From IMG/VR virus record IMGVR_UViG_3300046170_000173: a stretch of DNA of 64,000 bases, one strand, 5' to 3'. Under the pieces are notes generated by a model that was given only the letters and a program-made list of their open reading frames with translations, was not told where the DNA came from and did not search any database. Below, in pieces: positions 1 through 10,319 of the stretch (within the stretch, counting starts at the first letter, position 1; every line of letters starts with the position of its first letter). The position numbers and the translations under genes are program-made. The DNA comes from a virus.

Positions 1-3000
1 TACGATCTTATTTCGTCTCAGGTAGTAGATGGGTATGAGATTGAAAATATACTTCTAACAGTTAATAATCAGTCTTCCGATATCACCTTCATGTATGAGA
101 TGGATAACGGTCAACGCGACAACTTCTATGACTTTGTTAGATTTAACTTAAAGCCAGGCAACACTATACCGGATGGTGCTGAAGTCTCTATTAGATTTAA
201 ACACTTCGAACATTCTACTACCGGAGGTTTCTTCTCTGCGGCATCATATGGAACTGAAGCAGAAGGCCAGTTGACTTACGATGAAATACCATCTTACACT
301 ATGTCTAACGGTAATACGCAATCTCTACGTGACGTTATAGATTTCCGTCCATCGAGAAATTCAAATGGGACATTCAAGGTGATGCCTTTACCACAGAATG
401 CATCTTCCCTTACTTTGAATGAAGTAGAGTACTATCTACCTCGTATTGATGTTTTGGTTGCTAACGTCGTTGATAGTTACGGTGATGTAGGATTTGGAGA
501 ACTACAAGTAATACAGGGTCAACCAGCAGTATCTCCTAGACCACCAGAGGTCCCAACAGGATCTTTACCTCTATATGTGTATCGACTTAACGCATATACT
601 TTTAATTCAACAGATCTTACAATGGAGAAGCAATCCCATAAGCGATATACCATGAAGGATATTGCTAAGATCGAGAACAGACTAGAAGGTCTATACGAAT
701 TGACGACTCTAAGTTTACTGGAGTCTAGTACCCAATCAATGGATGTATTAGATTCATCTGGTAACCCTAGAACCAAAGCAGGATTCATTGCAGACAACTT
801 CTCCTCGTTTAACTTCTCCGATGTGAATAGTGTAGACTATCGCGCGTCGGTTGAAACCACGAGTGGAGAACTACAACCATCATTCAGAGAGAATCTAGTT
901 AGACTGAAGCATGACGAATCGCAAGGGAAGTTCATCTCGTACTGGAGACTACGCAACTCTACCATACACTCACGCCTCGTTCATAACACAAGACGTGGCC
1001 ACGAGTACAATGAACATTAACCCGTTCTCGGTCATCACACAGGAAGGTCACATCACACTATCACCATCAAGTGATGAGTGGGTAGAGACACAGACTCTGC
1101 CACCAATTATGCAGACCGTTGTACGTCGCACACCAATTGAAACAGGTTTCAATGACCTGTGGAGATGGGAAAACGCGCCTGGGGGCATTGGTAACTTCAG
1201 ACAAGCGCAACGCAATCGATTCGAAAGAATGATAGACACCGTGTCGACACAGACACCTCTTGCTCGCTCAATTCAAGAGTTCGTTGGAGAACGTGTCGCA
1301 GGTGTTGAAGTCATTCCATTCATGCGATCACGTCTAGTATCATTCAAGGCAGAAGGTCTTCGTCCGAACGCGAAAGTGTGGGCATACTTCGGTAACCGAA
1401 ACGTCTCTGCGTGGTGTCGACCAACAAACACATTCGTTGAGTTCTCGACAACTGATTCCGAAGTGGGATCGTCCCAATCATCTGCGACAGGTATCGTAGG
1501 ATCAGGTCAGTTGACAACCAACGACAGAGGTGAAGTCGTCGGCGAATTCTTAATTCCAAACACAGACGCATTAAGATTCCGTACAGGAACTCAAGACTTC
1601 CAGATCTTAGACATCAACGTAAATACCTCAGATGCGAGACTGACAAGAACACAGGCTGCGGAGTCGTTGACAAACTCTACCGCTCCTTACACATCAACAG
1701 GAACTATCGAGTCTATCCAACGCACAATTAGAACCACGCGTATACCACAAAGAGTTCGTCGTCGTAAGGATCCACTCGCACAGTCGTTCTTCGTTGATCC
1801 GGCAGAGAACCCAAATGGAATTTTCCTAACCAAGGTACGCGTCTACGTACAGAGCAAAGACTCTACGATTCCGATGCAGGTTCAAATTCGACCAGTAGAA
1901 AATGGCATACCTACAACTACTATTGTACCAGGCTCGGTAAAGTTTGTCAAACCAGACGACATCACGCTCGCACCTAACACAGACATTGCAAGTATCCGAT
2001 CTAACGGAACGACCGTTGAGTTTGACGAACCAGTATATCTGACCGCAGGGGAAGAGTATGCGATTGTCCTACTTGCAGAGTCGGTTGAGTATAACGTATA
2101 TGTAGCACAGACCTACGAGACTATCATCGGTGGTAACGAAGGTAAGGTATCAAAACAACCTTCACTTGGTTCTCTGTTCATGTCACAGAGTGGTTCGACA
2201 TGGACGCCAGACCAGACCAAGGACTTGATGTTTGAACTGGAACGTGCAGAGTTTGATGCGTCCGGTGCTGTACATTTAATCAACAGTGATCTACCTTCTG
2301 TATCTTTGGAAGATTCTCCATTTAGTACAACAGAAAGCTCTAATCGAGTATTAGTCAGACACGAAGGTCACGGTTTCACTAGATTTGATCAGGTAACATT
2401 CTCTGGATCTACTTCAGTAGGTGGTCTCGACTTAAATGGAACATTTACTATTGACAACGTGACTTCTACAGGGTATACTATCGTAACTGGTCAGACAACT
2501 ACAGCTACATCAACTTCTGTTGGTGGCAGTAATTCAGTCATTGCGACTCAGAACGTTATGTTTGACGAATTCACTCCTCAAGTTTCCTCTATCATGCCTA
2601 ACGGAACATCTGTGTCTTCTACATCACAGAGATGTAAGGGTGCATCATATGCTGGGGATGGAGAGAATGGTCGTAATCCAAATTCAAGTGGACTCTCATA
2701 TAACAGAAATATCACTCAAGATGTTGTACTAAACGAAGTCAACACAGGATCACATCCTTCTGTTATCGCAACTACAGATAACAAACAGAGTCACAGTATT
2801 GAATTTATCTTGTCTCTTCAGACTTCAGACAGCAGGGTCTCTCCTTTGATAGATCTACAAAGAGTTTCTATGCTTGCTCTAGAGAATATTATCGGGGACC
2901 AATCGGAAGCGCAACACACCACAAGACCTACAACTATTGATGAAAGTTCAGTCGGTCTGAAAGTGGTCTTCGGTGCGAATAGACCGACAGGATCAACGTT

Positions 3001-3241
3001 TGAAGTCTATATCAAAACTTCTGTTGATGATGATTCTTTAGTCAATGCCTCTTGGATAGAAATGCCTATCGATAGTCAAGTACCTTCAGATGATAATATA
3101 TCAGTGTTCCGTGAGTATGAGTACACACAGGAAACCTCTAGTCCATTTAATGCGTTCCAAGTCAAGGTTGTTATGAAATCAAACAACTCATCCAAGTCAC
3201 CACGCATTCGTGACTTACGCGTAATCGCACTGGCAACGTGA
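1..3241 (+). CDS. Large virion structural protein (VrlC/DUF4815-like, T4-like marine phages); 5'-truncated and split by an apparent +1 frameshift near 925
   Basis: Frame is open from base 1 into ORF 91-1020 (DFRP, YYLPRID, RYTMKDIAKIENRL, GFIADNF motifs). ORF 911-3241 continues with NINPF, DPLAQSF, GSLFMSQ, and ends in PRIRDLRVIALA. Removing one G at ~925 (caaggg) joins them as ...HDESQGSSSRTGDYATLPY... Confidence 0.75.
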
Positions 3242-3471
3242 TGAATAAATACCAGAAGGTCGAAGGACACAGTAATCTAGTAAGAGACAAACAGACAGGG
3301 GCGATCCTAAACACCAACCGTGCAGAGATCGCAAAGGCGAGAAAAATAAAAGAGGCTAAGAGACTAGAGACGGAAAGAATGAACTCACTCACGGAAGAGG
3401 TAACCACTCTGAAGAACGAGATGTCTGAGATCAAACAATTACTTACCCTTCTAGTGGAGAACAACGAATGA
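3238..3471 (+). CDS. Small hypothetical protein with C-terminal coiled coil
   Basis: 77 aa; KVEGHSNLVRD...GAILN resembles the small gene that follows this structural gene in T4-like marine phages (recalled, not searched); overlaps neighbours by 4 nt. Confidence 0.7.
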   Translation: MMNKYQKVEGHSNLVRDKQTGAILNTNRAEIAKARKIKEAKRLETERMNSLTEEVTTLKNEMSEIKQLLTLLVENNE

Positions 3472-6400
3472 GTCACGGCGACGACACAATACAGATCATT
3501 AACCTCGCGGACAATATCAACGCGGCGTTTGATAAGATCAACGAGAACTTCGAATTACTAGATGCGGGTCTAACTCGTGACGAAGTTATAGCCCTTATAA
3601 CGGAACACTTGAATGGTAACCCTCACTTTGATGAGTCAGCCATCCGCGCATTCTTAAAGGACGCAGACCTTGATATTGGTAATGGTAAAATTACCTACAG
3701 TAACAACTATGCCACTTTTGGGGAATTGCCAGATGCATCTTCGTATCATGGTATGTTCGCTCATGTTCACAACCCGCCTGCCGCATACTATGCGCACGGT
3801 GGACAATGGATTGAACTTGCGAACAAGAGTGATGTTGGATCAAGTGATTTTGATGGAGACTATAACAGTCTAACTAATAGACCATCTATACCGACTGACT
3901 TAGACGACTTGAGTGACGTTCAGTTTAGTTCTCAAGTGTTGATCGGACATGTCCTAAAATGGGATGGAACCAAGTGGACTAACCTAGAAGACGCCAGCGG
4001 TGGCGGTGGTGGTCCAACTGACCCAGGCGAAAACGGAACCTCTTTCTATCAAGCGACAATCTACCAGAGGTCTCCAACTCAACCGACGACACCTAGTGGC
4101 GGTACGTTCGACTTCCCTACAGCCACACTAACTCCACCATCGGATTGGGAAGGAACTATCCCAACTGGCGACGATGACCTATGGGCATGTAACTTCCTAT
4201 TCAGAGATTACCTATCGCAACAGGGAACTATCACTGCAACTGATTGGTCAGAACCATATAGACTGGCTGGTCTAATCGATGTCAACTCTAACGGTGAGTC
4301 ATACGCACAGTTGTCTATCTATCGTAGATGGTCACCCCCAGAAGACGGCAGTGAGCCAGTTCTTCTTGCACCGGACGGAGGATCTTTTGATTTTGATCCT
4401 TCAGTAGAAAATCCTTTAACTCCACCAAATGACTGGTACTTGACTCCACCTTCAGTGGACGTTCAAGCGGGAGATTTGTATGTGAGCGCAGGCATCGCCA
4501 CTACAAACGGATTAGATGAAGGAGTGACATTAGATACTAGCATCTCTTGGTCCAATCCACAGAAAACAAGCACTGGACTAGATGGACAAGATGGTCGATC
4601 TATTTTCGAGAAGGCAGTTTATCGTAGAGTTCAAAAACCAGCTGGATGGTCGATTGGTGATGATCTTCCCGCACCACCAAAACCAGTGGGGGGTTTCTTT
4701 AACTTCGGTGAAGAGGTCTTTGGTAAAACTGCACCGGACATACCCGCCCCACTAGATGACGCAGACGGCAACACCGGCGTTTGGTATGCTGGAGTCCCAA
4801 CATGGGACCCAACTTCGGGCGAACCCGCTGGAGATGTATGGTCATCTGTCTATGCGTTCAGTGTCGTAGGTGATACGGGAACGGACATAGCAGTTGATGA
4901 AAACTGGAGCGAACCTACAATAGGTATTTTAGATAGCGTATCGACATATCGAAAGTCACTATACGCTCGTTCCGCAACTAGACCGACTACTGACTTTTCG
5001 AACAATAATGTAATTTATAGTTTTACTCACGACAAGTTCTTAACTATAGGTCCCGACACCGATGCGGTCAATGGTATCGATGGCCTTCCATTTTGGTATG
5101 AAGAGCCACCAGAACTAGACCTAGACGATCCGATGGATCTGTGGGAAGTAACAACCACTGCGAGTTTGATCGGGTATCTTGGAGAAGATAGAGATCTAAC
5201 ATTCGGAGATATCAAGCGAGTTCTTAACTATGCGATTGATGCAGAGGACGGATTCAGTTTTGTTCAGTTAAATGTCTATCAGTGGGCATCGACTAATCCA
5301 GGCGAACCACCTTCGGATGGCACTTTTGATTTTAGTTCTAAGACGTTTACTGTGCCTACTGGTTGGTATAGAAATGTTCCAGACCCAGATCCTAATGATG
5401 GCCCTTTAACACTATACGTCTCCTCTGGTGTCGCAAGTACTCTGGGATTGACAGAAGCGGACAATAATGTCGATAGTAATATTGAGTGGTCTACCGCAGA
5501 TGCAACTACCGCAGGTGGTTCGGGCCGAGACGGTCGATCGACATTTAGGGCGGTCATCGTAACGAGAACAAACGATGTTCCGGTCAGTGATGGAGGCACT
5601 TTAGTTCCACCAACAGGAGGTGTTGTTAACTTCGCAGGAACCACCAAGACTGGCACAAGTCAAGAACTGTCAGGTGCTAATGTTGGAGGCAACACTTCAT
5701 TCCCACCTAACTCAGTAACTCCTCCGGTTGGGTGGTATGATCATGTTTCTGATATTCCGGCGACCTTAGTTCCAGACGGAAAAGTCTGGGCGGTAGAACA
5801 AACTTTCGCTATCGACGGCGACGACTCTATAGATGTTGGTGGCACATGGTCCGAACCATACGAAGATCACAACAACGGTGAGGATGGTTACTCGACCTTC
5901 TCCGCATCTGTTTATAAAAGAAGTGCGGTCAAACCAGCAGCAGACGGAAGTGGTGAGTGGGGACCAGTCGGTGCGACATATAGTTTTACCGATGATGTCG
6001 TTGTATTTACAAACCAAAACATAACGGACGGTTGGTCAGAAGACCCACAAGAATCTAACGATGCGAAAGATCCTCTATGGTTGTGTCGCGCAACGGCAAC
6101 AACCAAAGGTCTCACCGGAACAGACGCGACACTGACTTGGTCGGAACCAGTTAAGGTATCTTCTGACGGTGAAAATGGACAGCCTGGTTCTGGTATTGTT
6201 GTAGGACTTGAGCAATGAAAACCATTCTATTACAGCACAATTTGATGGTACTCTATACAGCAATTCTCTCGTTGGTGCGTTTACCACTTTGCAAGCCTTT
6301 AACGGTGATGATGCAATAGACCTTTCGAACGAAACCATTGACATATCACTTTCTGAAGGTGTCAGTCAAGGAAGCGGACCTAATGATGTAAATTGGACAA

Positions 6401-7438
6401 CCGCAGATTTATCAACATCAATAACTCACGTCGGCGCAAACGTTGATGAATTTACATTAACCTTTACTGTCCTGAATAGATCTGCCGTATTTACTCTAAC
6501 TAAAATTAAAGCAGCTGCACCCGGCCAACCCGCCTACAGTATATCGTTTAATAAACAGTGCTAGTGTTATTAAGTCTAATCCAAATAATACTGAACATGA
6601 ACCATCACAACTTTTTGTTACCGCATTTAAGTATACTGGTGGACTGGCGCCCGCAATCGCGCTTACAGGAACGACATTACTATTAAAAACTAATGATGTT
6701 GATACAGTAGTTGAAAGCGCAACTGACGGTACATTGATATGGGATGTTGCTGATAATACTACTTCCATAAATGTAGAACTTTGGGTACCAGACACCAGCG
6801 GAGTGAAGGTTGATGAAGAAAACATTCCTGTCGTATTCGATGGAACTGATTCTGGAGATGTTACAGTTCCTCCTAGATTTGAGTCTGGTTATGTTTATTA
6901 TCAAGTTGCTGATGGATCGACAAATGGTCCAGCAAAACCTTCTGCAACATCATTCACGTTTGCGGGCGCTGGCGGGAACTCAGGAACCGATGGAGTCTTT
7001 GTAAATCTCACCGACGACTGGTCTGCTAACCCACCAGGCGATACGAATCTTGAAGGAACATTCTGGGCGGCCAGATTCACGGCATTTGAAGATACCGCCG
7101 GAGGCGGCACAGCGACAGGTGACGCAACAACCGAGAACGGAAACTTACACTTCAGCACTCCTTTCAAGAATTTCTCATTCAATGGTTTAGTGACTTTCGA
7201 GAATCTGAGTGATGAGTTGGTTAACATGGATGACCAAAGTTCCCGCATCACCACTATTGATGGTGGTAAGATTACGACGGGCGAACTAGATGCAGATAAA
7301 GTTGAAATCAGAAAACTTTCAGCTAAATCAGGTGTTGGTGGTGCTCGATCAGAAATTAGTCAAGATGGAGTAAAAGTATATTCTGCCGGCAATAATGGCC
7401 AGGGAGTTCTAAGAGTTAAGTTAGGAGATCTATCATGA
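3468..7438 (+). CDS. Large tail fibre/tail-tip-like protein with ~100-aa tandem domains; apparently one gene broken by two +1 frameshifts (~6204, ~6533)
   Basis: ORFs 3468-6218, 6208-6564 and the frame of 6734-7438 step +1 each time; the third frame is open from ~6536. Fibre motifs YHGMFAHVH and LDDLSDV...VLKWDGTKW; repeated GxDGxS...YxR...P..P.GG.F.F...W...LW...WS.P units. Confidence 0.65.
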
Positions 7439-7731
7439 GCCAAGGTGTAGAAGTATATGATCCTACTACCGGCGCTGTAGTTTGGTCAAGCAACCAAAGA
7501 CAGACTAATGTTCAAGTTTATGCCTACTTCGATTTAGCATCAAACTCAAATCCGACATTTACTTGTGCTGATGCGGACGATAGTTCTCAGGTATTGATAA
7601 CATTCAAATCTACTAATTTTAATTTGGTTCCGTCTTATGAGGGCGTGAAAGTTACCAATAGAACCTCTACAAGTTTTAATTTATCGGGAAACACCCAGAC
7701 CGGATGGGTAATCGCAGTGAGGATTAGATAA
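7435..7731 (+). CDS. Small tail-tip associated protein
   Basis: 98 aa, MSQGVEVYD start, ATGA overlap with upstream gene, GGAG RBS. Confidence 0.6.
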   Translation: MSQGVEVYDPTTGAVVWSSNQRQTNVQVYAYFDLASNSNPTFTCADADDSSQVLITFKSTNFNLVPSYEGVKVTNRTSTSFNLSGNTQTGWVIAVRIR

Positions 7732-9677
7732 TGGCATATGGATTAAAGGTAGAGGGTACTGACGCTGGTGGAACTTTTCTTGTAACAGATACTGATAAGA
7801 ATTTAAGAAACTTGCGCGTAGTGGACTACGGAACTAATGATACTCAAATTACTTTAGATTCCGCATTACAGTCCAACGACCTTTTGTTTGTTAAGAACCC
7901 ACAAGAACCGCTTTGGGGTTGGGAAACCTATCAAAGATTTTATACTGATCCGGAGGGCGGCACGACGTTACAGCTCTATTGGACTGCACCAAGATATTAT
8001 TATATTACTTTATCTGAAGATGAGAAAACCATAAATTTCAAGGGCGGAAGAATAGGAAGTATAGGTGGTCAAAATAGAGGGTATGTAAGATGGTATGCCT
8101 ATCAACAATGGGATGTAGCCTTTGATTGGTTCCTAGTTCGTGATGTTGGTCAGATTGTCAGTGATGGTTTATCTAGTAACGAAACTCACGGTATTCAGAT
8201 TTTAACCGAAGAAGTAAATGGTGTTCAGGACATTGCATTCGATTCTCGCGCAATTATTAATGACCAGACCTTTAGTATAAATGGAGTTGCTCCCGCATCT
8301 GGTAGCTGGTCATATGATAGTTTAAGAACTCAATTTACCTATGGTGAATCTAATAGTTATGTGAATATAGAACATACTGCCGTTGGCGCGGCAGCTTATG
8401 CTAATGGTGGTTATGAAGGTAATTCGGGTGGTCTTCGTATTAGAGGAATACAAGTTGGTACAACTAGTGCTTTCGTTTATGAGGGGTTTCTTGAATTCGA
8501 AGTTGGGGGTGCTGGTATTTTTTGGTTCCCTAATAACGTAGCATTATTTTCTGCCAAAATGTATACAGGGGTCCCGTCCGGAACGGGTGCATCTGACGGT
8601 AGCGGTACAGACGACAGCGGAGACGATGGAACGGATGAATCTGGATCTGGCGTTACACAGCTTGTAGGAACTATAGAACTTGCGACAGGTCAAGATAATA
8701 AGATAACTGAAGGTACAGATCCTAGCATTACATACAATGTTGGAGTTAATATAAGTGGTGATTACAACTTAAAGGTTGTTCGAAACTCAGGTTCAGTTGG
8801 TGGTGGAGAACTATCCGGAACTGGAAAAACATTCAGTGGAACATCTACCTCTATGACAATCACTGCAAATAATGATAGTACTTCTGAGATTGGATGGCAA
8901 GGTGAAACCTTTACACTAGAACTGAGACTGGGATCTACACTTGGAGACGGGGATTTAGTCCAATCAAGTACTTTTAGTTTATATGATGATGACTTGTCTG
9001 TAACGGTGGTGGGTACTTCAGGCACCCGTGTTGATATTGCTAATAACGCAACTACTGCTAATGTTATTGCGTCTTTTAGTTCGGTAGGTGATGCTACTGT
9101 TGCGGGAAGAATAAGAAATTCTTCTGGAACTATTGTTAGAAGTGGATTTAATTTTAACAATTCAGGTAATACCACAATCACGGTTGCTGCGGGACTGCCC
9201 AGCGGAACTGGAACTACGAGCGCAACAACAGCAAATTATACTCTTGAAGCATACACTGGAAATTCTTGGTTGTCAACCCCTTTCACTATTCGACGATTGG
9301 CGGGAGATTCATCAAGCAGTAATGATCCATTGAGCAATCCAACCCTATCAGGAAGTTCGTCCGTAACAATAGAATCAACAGAGGTAAGTTATGGTGTGAA
9401 TTATTCTGGAATGCAGAGTGGTGAACAGATACGAATGGTGGACTCATCCGGTGCGGTTTCATCATCAACTACTACAGCATTTTACAGTTTAGTAACAGTA
9501 ACAATTAATAACAATCTACCTTCCGCAGGTTCTAATAAAACATTTACTCCACAAGTAAAAGCAACTGGTGGAAATTGGACACCGAAGGTTGGTGGTAATA
9601 TCACTATTACTAGACAAAGTGGTGGTAGTTACAATCCACCTACCCCAGGCGGCGGCGGTGATTTCGGTAACAATTGA
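7731..9677 (+). CDS. Putative receptor-binding/tail protein with Ig/Calx-beta-like C-terminal domains
   Basis: 648 aa; MAYGLKV N-terminus; G/S/D linker; ETFTLELR...YDDD Calx-beta-like motif; Ser/Thr/Gly-rich beta content; lower GC than flanks. Confidence 0.55.
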   Translation: MAYGLKVEGTDAGGTFLVTDTDKNLRNLRVVDYGTNDTQITLDSALQSNDLLFVKNPQEPLWGWETYQRFYTDPEGGTTLQLYWTAPRYYYITLSEDEKTINFKGGRIGSIGGQNRGYVRWYAYQQWDVAFDWFLVRDVGQIVSDGLSSNETHGIQILTEEVNGVQDIAFDSRAIINDQTFSINGVAPASGSWSYDSLRTQFTYGESNSYVNIEHTAVGAAAYANGGYEGNSGGLRIRGIQVGTTSAFVYEGFLEFEVGGAGIFWFPNNVALFSAKMYTGVPSGTGASDGSGTDDSGDDGTDESGSGVTQLVGTIELATGQDNKITEGTDPSITYNVGVNISGDYNLKVVRNSGSVGGGELSGTGKTFSGTSTSMTITANNDSTSEIGWQGETFTLELRLGSTLGDGDLVQSSTFSLYDDDLSVTVVGTSGTRVDIANNATTANVIASFSSVGDATVAGRIRNSSGTIVRSGFNFNNSGNTTITVAAGLPSGTGTTSATTANYTLEAYTGNSWLSTPFTIRRLAGDSSSSNDPLSNPTLSGSSSVTIESTEVSYGVNYSGMQSGEQIRMVDSSGAVSSSTTTAFYSLVTVTINNNLPSAGSNKTFTPQVKATGGNWTPKVGGNITITRQSGGSYNPPTPGGGGDFGNN

Positions 9678-9681
9678 TCTA

Positions 9682-9689
9682 TATAAATA
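9682..9689 (+). promoter_or_regulatory. T4-type late promoter (TATAAATA)
   Basis: Exact gp55 consensus in the intergenic region upstream of 9718. Confidence 0.75.
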
Positions 9690-9717
9690 AACTTAATTAG
9701 TAACAGGACTTTTAAAA

Positions 9718-10200
9718 ATGTTAGACTACGTCGCATACGTGACAATTAGAACAGGGCAGATCAATAGATGCAGTGCCCCTCAATACAATACTCCATCAAA
9801 TGGTACAGTAGTTGATGATGGTATTAGTCTTGTTGTCTACGTAACAAAAGATAATATTCCGGATGGATGTGAAGGTCCGTCTCAGCTTAGAAATGAATAC
9901 ACCTATGACATGGTAGAATATAAGTTCGTCCATATCGGTCTTCCGCCAAACCAACATGCGGAATGGAATCCGGAGACTGGTGATTGGTCATGGGACTCAG
10001 AACTTCTGGAACAGGACATCCGAATAGAAAGAAACAGATTGTTGACTCTTTGTGATTGGACTCAGATTCCAGACGCCCCATTGTCACTTGATATGAAGAA
10101 TGCATGGGCAGGTTATCGACAAGAACTACGTGATATCACTTCAGACTTGGAAGGGGTGTCTAGTATATTAGACTTAAACTGGCCTACTACACCACAGTAA
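9718..10200 (+). CDS. Tail fibre assembly chaperone-like protein
   Basis: C-terminal ERNRLL..CDWTQIPDAPL....W..YRQELRDI..WP motif typical of phage tail assembly chaperones. Confidence 0.75.
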   Translation: MLDYVAYVTIRTGQINRCSAPQYNTPSNGTVVDDGISLVVYVTKDNIPDGCEGPSQLRNEYTYDMVEYKFVHIGLPPNQHAEWNPETGDWSWDSELLEQDIRIERNRLLTLCDWTQIPDAPLSLDMKNAWAGYRQELRDITSDLEGVSSILDLNWPTTPQ

Positions 10201-10222
10201 TAATTGACAGAAATATTTTTAT

Positions 10223-10259
10223 AAAAGTGCGGATGCCTCGGTTCCCGCACTTTTTTTTT
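10223..10259 (+). terminator. Rho-independent terminator
   Basis: AAAAGTGCGG...CCGCAC stem followed by a T-run. Confidence 0.75.
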
Positions 10260-10260
10260 A

Positions 10261-10268
10261 TATAAATA
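10261..10268 (+). promoter_or_regulatory. T4-type late promoter for the 1628-aa repeat protein
   Basis: TATAAATA directly after the terminator, ~50 nt upstream of the GTG start. Confidence 0.75.
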
Positions 10269-10319
10269 ACTCTTGTCATTAACCAATAAATCCTTTTAAC
10301 TTAAAAGAGAGACGATATC

